Of a stretch of 64,000 nt of DNA, positions 10,521 to 22,920 are shown in pieces. Source of the stretch: Penicillus capitatus (taxonomy: Eukaryota; Plantae; Chlorophyta); NCBI GenBank assembly GCA_965649825.1, contig OZ287705.1:1-64000 (forward strand), given 5' to 3'. The notes beneath the pieces were generated by a model, which made no database searches, was not told the origin of the DNA, and saw nothing but the letters and a program-made list of their open reading frames with translations. The translations under genes and the position numbers were made by a program. The first letter of the stretch is position 1. The number at the start of each line of letters is the position of its first letter.

Positions 10521-12962
10521 ATGAGCGAGCACAGGAGCTGCGGACAACAGATGAAAGTGCTGAAGATTCGGAAGAAGCCAGGACCGAAAACAGTTGAGGA
10601 CCAGAAGGCATAACTCGCACAGATAAAGCAGTTCTTCCTTAGAAAGCGCAGAAAGCCGGATGGCGTGACGCACAAGCCGCGGTCTCTGCTGCGCTTCGCG
10701 GATAGACGCAGCTGCACGAGTATGCGAACGAGATCGCCGACCGCGCTGATCATGCCGAGAGCCTCGCTGCGATGCCGGAGACTTCGCCGTTTCTCGATCC
10801 ACTTCTGACGAAGTTGATGTCATCGAGCGGTGAACGTACCAACGCGGAGGGGACGACGCAGTCGGAATCGAAACGCAGGTTTCGAGGATGGTGGGACGGT
10901 CTGCATTGTGTATTGGACAGGTCTGGCGAAGAGGAGATGGCAGCAGAGAACGATGCCGCAAGCAAGGCGATGCAGAATCTCTGTGTATGAACGTGCTGAT
11001 GCAGATCGAGATCGAAGAGCCGGATCACGAAATGAAAGACCATCAGAAGACACAGAAAACCCGAAACGTTTGCAGTTGGAGGCGAAGAGCGGTGTCGATT
11101 CTTGAGTGCGGGGAAACCAACTTCATCTCTCCTTACACGAAATAAGGACGAGACTGGTAGCTGAGTTGGGGGACGGAACGGAAGTGGTGTCGAAGCTCCG
11201 CGTAGATATGGAGGCCAAAGAAGAGGACAATATGTGGAGACCACTCTTCAACCTGGAAGAGTTGCCTTAGGTGCTACCAGTTGGTGGAAGGTTCCCAGAA
11301 TAGGCTGAAGGAGCTACAGCGTCGATCGAGAAAAACGAAGAAGCCTATCGACGCGGATCACGTCCGAGAGGCGAAGCCTGGACCATCTCTCAGGAGTACC
11401 AGAGTCTAGTGTCCGGTTTACAAGAGGTAGCGACTCGCCTCAGCAATCTAGTGGTGGGAACGCGTTGTACCTTGCGTCGACACGCTACTCATCTTGTGTG
11501 AGGTATAGTGGAATGCGGAACGTCTCAGAAAGGCACGGATAGAAACCATCGAGGCGGTCGTGCGGAAGAGAGCGGCAGAGAACCAGGTGGAACGTCCGAA
11601 TTCCTTCATCGAAGAATGCGAGGATGCAAAGCGTCGCTGCGTGTCCACGAAGAGAAGCTGTTGGAGGAGTGAGATGATCTACAGGCCTTCGTGGACACGA
11701 TGACGAAGTGCGACAGCATCGGCAAGAATCGCGAGGAAGCAGAATCCAGCCCAACGACCATAACACCGAGCTCTAGTTCTTTTCTTAAGAGAAAGATCGA
11801 CGAATTGGAGATCAAGTGCGAAGACAGCAGACTGAATGAAGTGGACAGTTCGCGAAGGAATAAGAGGTCGAGAGAGCGGCTAAACCAGCTGAACGTGGAA
11901 ATGGAGTAGATGAAGCGTACGAGCAAACATCGTGAAGCAGACTTAAGATCAGAAGCGACTCAATGGCTTCCTCCAAGGAAAAGTCTACAGCGGCAGGATG
12001 TCTATGGAGTAAGTTGGTTTTTGTGACAGATGTGCGAATAAAGAAAACAGTGCACGTGTATGCGAAGTCCCAAGTTCAGAATGAAGAGCCGATGAACGAA
12101 CTGTTAGGGGACGACACCACGATCGGGAATCTCCAACGAAAGAACGCCGAGGTGAAAGAGAAGCAGTGAGATAGCTTTTCGAGACGGCGGAGCATAGCTG
12201 CAGATCTCGAAACGCCTGGGAAAGGCGAAGTCATTCGCGGAGAATGTGGAGATCCTTACTAGATGCAGCGAGATGCACGCGCAGCGGCTGCTAAAGATCC
12301 GATCAGATTAAGCAGGTGGACTCGAGGAAACGAAGCGAAAGCTAACTAAAGCAAGTGCAGCGGAATCTCTCGCATCAGACTGACGGGCGGCGCATTTAGA
12401 CGAAGGATGAGATGCGAAAGCTCCAATCGAAGTCGAATGCCGAGCATAAGGACAACGAGAATACGAAAGAGGAGAACAATGCGTCGCAGCATCTAGTTAA
12501 AGAAGCCGAACATACGAAAGAGGAGCAACGAAGAACAGCCAAGATGCGAAATCGAGAGTTGCCTGGACGAACGCGTCAGGTGCAGCAGATGGAAGCCGAC
12601 GTGAATGTATCCCTTCTTCTTTGTTGAATCAGCTGTCTCCCTCATCCGCGATCTCCTGTGACAGGCATTTGGAGATCTGAAGCGCAAACTGCTATCAGGG
12701 AAGCCGACAGAGTGAGATGTGCATCAGGTGCAAAGAGACGGAGATGCTGCATTAAGAAATGGAGAGTCTGCGAAACGCAGTGACCTGCACCATCTGCTGC
12801 TCTCGACGCAAATCTGTGGTGCTGCAGAAGTGCAGCTGTCACATCACATTTCGATCGTCCTTTCGTCCGTACATCGCTGGAAACCCGACCTACGTTCACG
12901 ACCCTTCCTTCCGACCAAACCTTTCCAGCTTTCGACAGACCCAGTTTTTGCATAGTCTCTGA
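10521..12962 (+). pseudogene. BRE1: BRE1/HUB1 E3 ubiquitin ligase pseudogene (longest remnant)
   Basis: Coiled-coil fragments, SPFLDPLL, and a degenerate RING (ESLRNAVTCTICCSRRKSVVLQKC..H, distal Cys lost). TAA at ~10611 (GAA in copy 4) plus several further stops and frameshifts. Confidence 0.75.
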
Positions 12963-14012
12963 AGCAGACGGAAGCTGGCAGGAAACTGCGGAAATACTCG
13001 GGTGATGTCGCCCTGTTTTGCCCCTCTCTACCAGCAATGACAACAACGTGATCTCCCGTCCGTTTGGTCACATCATAACCTTGTCAACCTTGCTGTTCCT
13101 TTCCACTGGGAACTTCTCTCATTTCTTGGCGTACCCGACCAGTCCTGCCTCCACAGAAAGCGTGGCTGTCGACTTCTGAAGGAGAGGCACGTGATTTGTT
13201 GGTTACAGCTCACAGACGCGGGCGTCCTGAAGGTACAGGTGGCCGACAGCCTGTCAGTGTCGTGCCCTGGAAGGTCGAATCTCGCGAACGCGATCCGCGA
13301 TCCGCGGACGCTGCCTTCGTACGCCAACCACATCGTCATGAAAGGGCGGTGTCCCTTCGCGTCATTAACATTGATAGAATTCTTAGTTCGGCCTACGTGG
13401 CGCAGATTAGACTTCGCTGTGGAAGTACTTTGTTCGCAGCCGACTTGTTCTGCAGCGCAGCTCGGAAAACTGAGACATCCGTAAGACGTTCTGTTCCTCG
13501 TCGCGCGTTGTTTGAAAAGAGACGACCGTGTTCCTTCCTCAGCGGCGGCGGTTGGATTCTGCGAGTGCTCTGGACGAAGAAGACCGCGACGACACCGAAG
13601 ACCCTGCGCACGCGTTGCCGTAAGTCCAGCCGTCTTTCTCGACTTCACAGCGTCTCTCCGCGCGAAGCTGCGGCGCTGGCTGTGGCAGTCAATGCTGTAA
13701 GGCCAGCTGCTTGAGCGGGAATGCCTCGCAAAAAAGTGCGTCCCGTCGGACGGCCTCGTCGAGAAGGCAGAACGTGCCCATACGTGCCTCCCGGCGGCGG
13801 GCGAGCCGCCATTGGGCCGTTGAGGGTGGCGACGGTTGACGCGTCGCTGTCGACCGGCCCTGCGGTCGACAGCCCTTCTGCGATGCACGACCTTCCTTCG
13901 AGGCAGTACTCATAAGGCCCTCCACGATCTCTTCTGGCGATTCTTTGCGTTATTGCGCGCTGTCTGCGGCGAGCGTCCTGCGAACGTTGTGTCGCTGTGA
14001 CAGGTCGGCGAC

Positions 14013-15070
14013 ATGAAAGTCGGAGACGAAGGAGCCTTTGAAGCGGGAGCTGGACACCGTATGCCACGCATGCAGCTGCCGCAGGAAGACGCGAACAGTT
14101 TTCCTTCTCCGCGTCTCGTCCAGCTCAAACGCGAAATGGAGACGGGGCCCTTGAACGCCCCTCCATCTTGGCTCGAAGACTTCGCTCACTCGTGTTTAGC
14201 TACGGCCTCGCGGTCATCACTGCTCGGGGTGGATCCATCTTCAAAGCACCAGCACGAAGACGCCACTCTTGCGGATTCCCATTCGAACAGCACACATTCT
14301 GGCACGCAACAGGGCGTCTAAGGCTGCTCTTCTGATGGAACGTGTGGTGTAGACTCGAGCGAGAAGTGGTGTAGAGATCCTGTTCGTGAAGGCGGAGAAA
14401 CGAAACCGACTTCCACTCTCATGTGAGGTGCCGATCAGAGTGAGCGATGGTGACAGGTGTTGTTGATAGTCGAGGTCGAGGGGTGCACGTGGTGAATGGC
14501 GCTGTCCGTTATCGTGGCGTCCGTCGCCGTCCGTGGGGCAAATTCGCCGCAGAGATTCGAGATCCGAGTCAAAGACAACGCGTCTGGCTCGGGACATTCG
14601 ATACGCCCGAAGAAGCGGCATTGGCTTACGACGTCGCCGCACGCAAGATTCGTGGCGGCAGAGCTGTCTGCAATTTCAAGCAAAGCACGTCACATCATCC
14701 TTCGTGACCTCGAGTAGTGACAGATGTGTCCTGTGGTGCAGATCCTTCGCCATCTATCACTTCGCCGCGCAGACAAGAGGCGGCGAGATCAGTCGGGTCA
14801 CGTCTCGCGGGGGTAGCTGGGACTAGACGCCGGAATAAGAAGGCGCGATCGGAGACGGAAGAGAGCGAAGGCGAAGGGCTGCAAAAGGATCGTCACCGTC
14901 CGCGAGAGAAGACGGCGACAAGAGACGGAAGCGCCGTGTCGTCCAGGACGAATCTGACGTTTCTCGGATCGCCCCGCGATCGGAAGCTGCTGCATCAGAT
15001 CGATGAAGACGCGGATCTGTTTGAATCCGCTTTGGCTTTGCTGATGCTGCGCGATGCCTCTCGCACTTGA
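14013..15070 (+). CDS. AP2/ERF transcription factor (single AP2 domain); 5' extent uncertain, possibly further exons from ~13200
   Basis: [56 protein letters not shown] at ~14507-14675. Last exon ends [20 protein letters not shown]. Confidence 0.9.
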
Positions 15071-15387
15071 CGTCTGTCGGTCGGACGACGACGATCATCA
15101 CCATAAAGGATTGTGTATCTTCATTGTTGAATTAGTTCTCCTGTTAGCCACTTTCTCCGTCGTTCATAATTTTTTGCGGTTCGCATTCTCAGCGACAGGA
15201 ATCGCGAGAATGACGAACTGGACTTCAAACCCACACGAGAGGTGTGGACTGTACATTCATCCAATGTAAAACACGCGTACGAGATGCGAAGCCTGCATCG
15301 GTCGCGTCAGCAGCATCATTACGTTGATTGCGTGACGACATTACGGCGTTTCCTGTTCCAGAACCCGTTCTTGACGCGTTTCGCATC

Positions 15388-16251
15388 ATGGCTGACCGTC
15401 TGCAACTTCCCATCGGCAACAGGAAGCGTGAGTCTGCTCTCCTTCCCTTCTGCGACCTCAGCGGCGTTGCGCTGAGCAGTCGAGGACATCCTGATGTGGC
15501 GCGATGCGCGTCTGTCCGGAAGTATCTTCGGCGGTCTCACTGTCGGATACCTCGGCCTCGAGTGGAGTTTTCTCTCCGTCTTCTGCCTCGCTGCCTACGC
15601 ATTGCTCACCGTCATCGGCGGCCTGCTCGTGTGGCACTGCGCAGCACCTTTCGTGAATATGTCGTTTCGACACGGCTATCAGACGCTTATCGTGCATGTG
15701 CACTGCAGGGACCCTCCCATCCCCTCCTTCATTCGAGATGGCCTCTCCGAGGAAGACGTGAAGAAGCAAGTGGAGAGGATTCTACCCAGAGTCAACGAAG
15801 TCTTGGGTAAGGAGAGACAGCCGACCGTCGACAGTGGGCGATGAATGATGTGACGTTCTGCAGCGATGGTTCGTCGTGCCGTCAGCGGTCAAGATCTCAC
15901 GCTCTCCGCAAAGGTCGTCCGGCCGTTTCGATTGTCCTGCTGACAGATAGCACGCAGGTCCTGGGAGGACTGTATGCGGTGGCACGCGTGACGTCCATCT
16001 TCTCGCTCCTGACCTTGGCCTATCTGGGTAATGAAGAGTCATGGCCAACCATGAGGATGGCGTGTGGAAGCATGCGTTTTCTAGGCGTGTTGGCGGCGTT
16101 CTTGGCACCGAAGGTGTACGAGATGCGCAGAGATGAGATCGACGGATACTTGGAAGTGGCCAAGGAGAAGCTCAAAGTCCTTTTTAAACAGTTGGAATCG
16201 TCGTTGCAGAAGATTCCGAGAGCCAAACGTGTCATGAAGAAGGCCGAATGA
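15388..16251 (+). CDS. Reticulon-like protein (RTNLB type)
   Basis: EDILMWRD...SGSIFGGLTVGYL, two long hydrophobic hairpins, FLAPKVYEMRRDEID. Short GT-AG introns. Confidence 0.88.
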
Positions 16252-17717
16252 GAACTGTTTTGGAGAAGCGATCTGATCCACCGTAGAGACTACTTCCCCG
16301 TTACACGGAAAACTATGAGATATATCATTGTGAATGGACAAAGTGGTGTTGTCAACGAGAACAAACGTCTTTCGACTTGACTCTCGAGCACGCGGCGCGG
16401 CTTCTGCCATGATCTGCCGTCGATTTCCTCTAGGCTCCGGACTTCTGTCTCCAGGAACTCTGCGAGAAGGTGACGACGACACGCATCGCTTCTGGAAGAT
16501 AAGAACCATATCGAAGCATGGGATGCAGACCGTGACTCGATCAATTGCACAATCAGCCAAGGAAATGTGATTCGAATACTACTGATTGACGGTCTCCATT
16601 TCGTAACGAATGGATAGGTGGGTATCTCGAACATTTGTTTGTTTGCTCATCGATCATTAAAGTTAAGTGCGGCAACAGTATGCGTTTCTGTCGGAACCCA
16701 TTTCTTTAGTCGACCATCCATCACTGAATGCCAGGGATCAACATCGATTCTCGAAACCTTCGGTACACTCTATCTAACGACTAGCAGCCGCATACAAAGT
16801 GCCTCAAGTGCTCAGGGTGGCGCATCAAAGAGGATTTATCCCGACGCTGTCCACTGGCTACTTTGTCTTAACGCAGAATGACGAGGAGGACTCATGCGTC
16901 GATCCGACGGAAGGAACGAAACCAAAAGACATCTGCAAGAGAGGGCGTAGTTAGCTGTCTTCTTTGACGCCGGGAAGCTTTTGCTGTTTCGCGACTCTTC
17001 TTGCCGATCGTCTTCGTCTGCGTGTCTGGACCAAAACGACAACGACGTTGTCCGACAGATTGGAAGACGACGCTTGTCGAGGCCCACCGGGAAGTGCACG
17101 TAACGATCGCTTCCTACTCACTCGCTGTGTAAGGGATCTTTGACTGGCATCCGTCCGACACACGTCTGACTGAGGTCTTTGCGAAACCAGTCTCGAACTC
17201 TGTTGTTCCTTCCACAAAGCAATGCGGCCGGGTGGGCTGCCCTGATTGAGGCAATGAATAAGTTAGTTAGATAGCGACAAAGGCGAACCGAGATCACGTG
17301 TTGTCCATTGTCCAAGACGATCGCCAGCACACTTTTTGAGCCAAAGAGCATTCGGCACGGTTTATTCACAATATATCATTCATAGAGTTCGATCGTGATA
17401 ACTCATGAGTTGGGTTGACACGTCTGTCCGAAGCCGAGGTTCATTAAGTAGCATACATTTATTTATTGGTAGCAACGGAACAGCAAAAGCGATGTGAAGT
17501 TCAATGGACATTTTGACCATGTGACTGACACACGGGTGAAAGCATTCAAGTAGTCACCAATTATGAAGACCGAGGTGCTCGCAAGTAGGATGAAGTAAAA
17601 CTAGGCGCTGTGGTGTGGTGACTCGATTACAGTGCATGGGAGACGGACGGATGGCGTTTGCAGTGATGCTGCCTTTGCTGTCGAAACATGATGTCACATG
17701 GACTTGGATGGATCGGC

Positions 17718-19470
17718 CTAAAGTTGCCTCAACTTCTCCGGAAGGAACTTTCTCACGCTGTGCGGCAGGCGTTTCGTTGCTCCCTTCATCCATCCAACGA
17801 CTCTGGCTCTGCCCTTGTCGCTTTTGATCGACATCGTCTGACAGTGCACCTCTCTAAAGAGATCTAGCATGCATGGCACGTGATCGCTGTCGACGATCTC
17901 CAAACGGATCCACAATCCCAGATGCATCTCCATACGTCCACGATCATCGCTTGTCATGTTGAGTCGTTGATCGAGACGGTTGACGCCTGAACAGGGAATG
18001 CCCGCCACTGCATGGATGTCCGAGTCGGTGCCGCTCTGACCAAACTCCAGATTCAAGAATCCTTGTCCGAAGACGGCAACGCGAATCTTGTGTACGGCGC
18101 AGGAGTACAGGCGACGGTCGCCCCCCGAAGAGAGGCGGATGTCGACGAGGACCGTGTCCGCGTTTCTCAATTCGAGAGGGAGAATGTCGAAGGCCGCGGA
18201 CAGGTCACTCAGCGACTGCACCTCGGTTCTCTCCATCTCGCGGTGTGACATGCCGTGGATCAACTTGCAGCCCCGACGACCGATGGCAAGCTCCAGGTCA
18301 AATGCGTGTCTTGCCGACGGCGATGAGGCGACGTCTGGCAGATGTAGGAGGCCAGGCAGCGAAGCAGAGTGTCCTGGGCGGAAGAAACCATCGTTGAGGG
18401 CCTCGGCCGCCGTCATTCTGGCACTGGGATCGCCATGCAGGAAGGACTTGACGAAACGAAGCGCCAGCCACTCCTCTGCAGAGCGGGCGCTGCAGAAGTC
18501 CCCGCCCAAGAGGCAGCGATCGTAAGGCCATCCAGACCAGCGACGGGTCACGGCGTCCAGAACGCGAACGGGATCCCAAACGGAACAGCCTGTGAGCAGA
18601 GCGCGTGGTGAGGACGGCCATGTATCCAACAGAGAGCTTACGGTTGAGGACTTCGAATGCCAGCATACCAAAAGACCACATGTCCATGGAGCGCTCTAGC
18701 GAGATGTGCCTGGGATGTCCCATCAAATCCTGGGCCAGTTCAGGGGGATCGTAAGGACTGCCACATCGGTGCGGTATGCTCAACTCCTCCGCTCGCCCGG
18801 CGTACCCCAGGCTCACCAGTTTCCAGCAGAAGTCCTCGGAGAACCACATGACATGGGAGGAATGCAGATGTCCATGAACAATGCCGTGACCGTGAAGATA
18901 GTCAAGCGCTTCGAGAATCTGCACACAGACGACGATGCTGCCAACGCGTGTTTGCCCAAAGCAGCATGACCTGATAGAGAAGGTTCTTCTGTTCCACGCG
19001 CGAAAGCGAGCGTCTTGTCATTAGGTCCCCGACGGTCAGATCTCCTTTCTCCAGCACTAATAGTGGAGGAAGTCCGCTAGAAGCTGTTCGATGATCGATC
19101 ATCCTGCAGACCGTGAGATGTGAAAACCGTGAGTCGGAGGATTCAGTGTTCTGTCACCTGCAAATGTATCTGCATCCGTCTGTGAGGGACTCGTGATGTC
19201 TAACAGCGTTATCACAGTTTGAAGACCTTATGTCGAAGACCTTGACAAAGACATTCTTCCCGGTGCGCTGGTCCACAGCGAGATAGCAACGGGGTGGCGA
19301 TGGTCGGCGTCTCTCCTGTGAAGTGAGTCTAGCAGTGACACCGTTGGAGAGGCGGAGAGACGTGGAGATTGCGACCTGTCGGCAACGAGGCCGTTTTCAA
19401 TTAGCGGTTCGAGTCCCATCCCCCTTCGGTTGCGCGAGTCCTCAGCGTTCTCGATATCATTGGACGACAT
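17718..19470 (-). CDS. Pseudokinase A with conserved C-terminal beta-rich domain
   Basis: Spliced reading VFVKVF..LVLEKG..ILEALDYLHGHGIVHGHLHSSHVMWF..WKLVSLG..YDPPE..DMWSFG..DPSARMTAAEAL. HRD becomes HGH and DFG becomes SLG. Four intron positions shared with paralogues B and C. Confidence 0.82.
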
Positions 19471-20439
19471 TTATCTGCGGAGTCGATAAAACAAACAAAG
19501 TCTCTTTTCGAAGTACGACAAAACGCTCACAATTCTAGACAACTTAAATGACAAGGCTGCTCTGCCAATTGGACCGCAGAGTTTTGTACAACAGTGCCGA
19601 GGAGAAAAATGAGATGAATGCCATCTCCCGAATGGTCGAGCGCACGAGGACCGTTGAATCCTTGCCTTTGAAGCAACGCCTCTGTCGCCGACAATGAAAA
19701 CGGAGAGCCCAAAATCGGCTTCTGAAGCGTGACCTAGGCTTCTGTACCGCGGAGAGGAACACAGGGGAACAAACATCGTCCCACGTTGCGATAACGACGA
19801 CAGAAGGCAACAAGGCGGACTGTTTGGACCCGAGCAAAGTCCATCGAAAACGACGAAACGCAGCTCTGCCTAACAAAGCTGTATGCACGGGAGGGAATAC
19901 ACATAATAAAGGGGGCAATAGCAAATTGCCTTTGGTCAAACCACGGACAGGCATTTGTCTGTCACGAGTCACTCCTGTCCTTCTGCGTGCGAACTCAGGA
20001 CAGAAACGCCAGGAGGACGACACGTCGAAGGGCAATGTGATTCATCAGTGCTATCTGCTGTCCTTAGAAGGGTCAGCCTTCGTCCGCTTCAACGGCTTGG
20101 CACCACGCGCAGTGCCTTCTTGCGTTTTTTGCAGTTAGTACGGGTGACTTCTCACGTGCTCAACTCCGTTGCAGCTGCTCCACAATCGCACGAGTAGAAA
20201 TTGCCTCGTATTTAAAATGTCCTTACTTCATGCCTTACTCACGCCTTGTCAATGCCTCGTCATTTCTCGGGTTAAGGATATAAAACGATTCTTTATCCCA
20301 AACGCCGTTGTTAAACGACTCCCAGTCTTCGGAGAGCGACACCGTCTAGCTCGTAAAACGTTTGCTCCAGTACGTCAAGTAGTCGGCTGAACGCGGAAAG
20401 CCATTCGGTCTCGAGGCAGGTTTCTTTCTGCTGAACACC

Positions 20440-21744
20440 ATGGCCAGCAACAACGACGCTGGTACGACGGAATGTTTTCTGAACGGCCTCGACCGACTGA
20501 CTCGGGTGGCCTCTCTGCCTTAGGAACCACTCATAAGTATCGGTGGGATTCGAGGTACGGTATACCGTACTCTGTTCAAGCAAGCTTCGCGTCTAGCGTC
20601 GGCACATACGGAAACCGTCGCCAAAACACGGATGCTTCGTCCCGTGACTCGGAGGAGGAAACATCAGGTGATGTTGTCGGCATCGCCGCTCATCGCCTTC
20701 CTTTCGCCCCACACAAATCTCGCCGTGCTGCGCCTCTGATCAACCGTCCTTTGATCCCAATCAACGCCAGGCGACAGTTATGCCTTGAAGAGCAGATAGA
20801 CAATCAAGGTGCATCCCGAGACCGTTCGGCGATTCCATACGACTGATCTGTTTTTCAGGTGCGACGCAGACCTCTTCGGCATGGAACTTGCACATTGAAC
20901 AAGAGACTGCATGCAGCACATCATGTGAGGTACACTACCCTCAACGATGCAGTCACTGCCTTGAGCTCTGTCTTGTGTGTAGACATCCGCATCCAGCAGT
21001 CCGCGGGACGCGCGCCGTTTGCGATTCGCTAACTCGACCGAGAGACGCGTAAAGGTCGAGGTCTCGGCTGAGCGTCTGCGCCAAAACAGTCCTTCGACAG
21101 AGGCACTGCTGTACAGGAAAGGCAGGAAGGCGCTGACGTTTCATGACAGCTGCAGAGATGACGGATTCGTTTTCGGTTCACATGAAGGCGAGCATTGCCT
21201 CTTGCGCATTCGGATCGAGAGCGTCAGAGACGACGCGATCATCCCGATTGAAAACGTGACGCATGTTCAGCTACTGCACCAGATGGGCCGAATGCGAAAT
21301 CTCCAAATCGTCGAGACCGAGAACAGAGCATACGTTAAGGAGACGACGGCATTGCTGGAGCCCTGGATGCTGCGACGTCGCAGAGGCGCTGCTCACGACG
21401 AGGCGATGTTAACGGAAGAGCTGATCTTCCAACTGCACATTCGTGTGGCTCTCGAGGGCGCGGGGCGCTGCGAGGACGATATCGTCAAGACCTTCTGCTG
21501 GAGGACAGTTCCGAAAGTGAAAAGGACGGTGCCGCTGTGCTGGAAAGGAATTCATATGCAAACACGGAGTCCTGCACCACGTTCATTACAGACAGACAGG
21601 ACTTCGGTGCCGAACTCAATGGGTGATGGTCGAGTCGATTGTCAGAGAAGGAGATGGACACGCGGGAGAAGGGAGATGACGACCTTCTTACCTAAAGTGT
21701 CATGGCTTCATACCCTTAGCGTTTGTTGTGATGCAGACGCGTAA
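20440..21744 (+). CDS. Kinase-less family member: short low-complexity N-terminus plus the pseudokinase C-terminal domain
   Basis: ORF 21019-21744 aligns by eye to the C-terminus of pseudokinase C (ALTFHD/ALRFYD, IPIENVTHV/FPIEGVASV, TALLEP/MALLQP). Small upstream exons can be spliced in frame from ATG 20440. Confidence 0.65.
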
Positions 21745-21857
21745 TTCCGTCCAAAGTAAAACGTAACCGCGTCGTTACCGGCACCAAAACGAACGTGTTT
21801 GACGAATGGGTTTACAACGTGTGTTTCGGGAGCGCATTGGAGTGGGAAACCAAATGG

Positions 21858-22130
21858 TCATAACATCTTCGGAATAATTCTTAGCATTCTTATTGCATCA
21901 TTCTGTTGCTGACAGAGGTATTGATTTGGATTTCCTGAGTGGATATTTTCGATCATCGCGGGGATCAGTGGATCTTTACTGTCATAGTATTTGATGTAAA
22001 GAGTATTGATTTCGCTTCTTTGCTGATCTAAGGCTGCAGCAACCAACGCGATATGTACCATGCTCGCTCAACTCAGATCTTCTCACTGTATGCCAAAACT
22101 CTGGCGAGAGATAATAAACCTTACATGTGT
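21858..22130 (-). pseudogene. Possible degenerate Ulp1/C48 SUMO-protease-like remnant (transposon-associated)
   Basis: KVYYLSPEFW (different frame), HIALVAA...IKYYDS and QQQN in Ulp1-like order. No DCG catalytic Cys. AT-rich sequence. Confidence 0.25.
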
Positions 22131-22759
22131 TTCAGCTTCTGTCACAAAGCACATCGTAGAGCCAGACTTGAGGGCAAGATGCACATTTGATCTTTCGAGA
22201 GAGTGTCAGTCATTAACATGCTACAAAACTGCCTACATTATGAACGTCGTGTTTGTGGTTTAGAATTGCGCGTGTGAATACGGCATCGGAGGACACGAAA
22301 TTTTGTATCGCGTGTGTGTCTGGTAGAGTGGAAGTAGTGGTCGTCTGCATACGACGTGCGTCGTTCTGACCCACCTGTGCAGCAGACAGAGTAAGCGTGG
22401 TGCGTTCCTCGGCGTTCTATCCAGGTGCGTACGTTCTAAAGAAATCCTCGCAACGAGGCAGCAAGTCTCCCCCGGTGATGTTAAACGGCGTGTTGCCACT
22501 AGGTCGTTTTCGTTTCACGGCAAGAAAGCCTCGCGGGAGACCGTTGTGGGCCGAGGAAAGATCACCGTCTGACTGTGGAAGATCATCATCTCGGAGAAAG
22601 GAAGAGTGGATCGGCAGTCGTTAGCGAAGTCTGCAATGGAAGAGAGGCGAAGAAGATTTAATTTGTTTGGAAGAGGTCAGTCGGTTCTTCGTTGCCGACT
22701 CTTCACCGGGCGACAAGGACGAGGAGGACATCTGCGAGCAGGTTTACGTTTTGAAGACG

Positions 22760-22920
22760 TTTGGGCGCGTTGTCCTCAGTTGTTGCGGACGGCGCTGCGT
22801 GGTTTTTCGTTCTTTTGGCGTCGGAACACGAGACCGACTTCCACTTTCTCTACGCGACATACCTTTTGGGCGCGTTGTCCTCAGCTGCTGCGCACAGCAC
22901 TGCGTCGTCTTAGATTCTTT
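22760..22920. repeat. 105-bp-period tandem duplication (~1.5 copies)
   Basis: TTTGGGCGCGTTGTCCTCAG starts at 22760 and again at 22865. Confidence 0.8.

Noticed and set aside
2458-10613. In-frame TAG/TAA in VPS33 and BRE1 as evidence for the ulvophycean TAR=Gln genetic code
   Set aside because: ORFs of 532-598 aa with many Gln contain no in-frame TAR, and the stops co-occur with frameshifts and deletions, so they are ordinary lesions.
13191-13714. HSF-like fragments (TLPSYANH; AFVRQ) upstream of the AP2 gene
   Set aside because: The two motifs come from the same nucleotides in different frames and the rest of the domain is absent; may be upstream exons of the AP2 gene.
20555-20570. Perfect 16-bp palindrome GTACGGTATACCGTAC at a predicted splice donor
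   Set aside because: About one such palindrome is expected by chance in 64 kb (64000/4^8).
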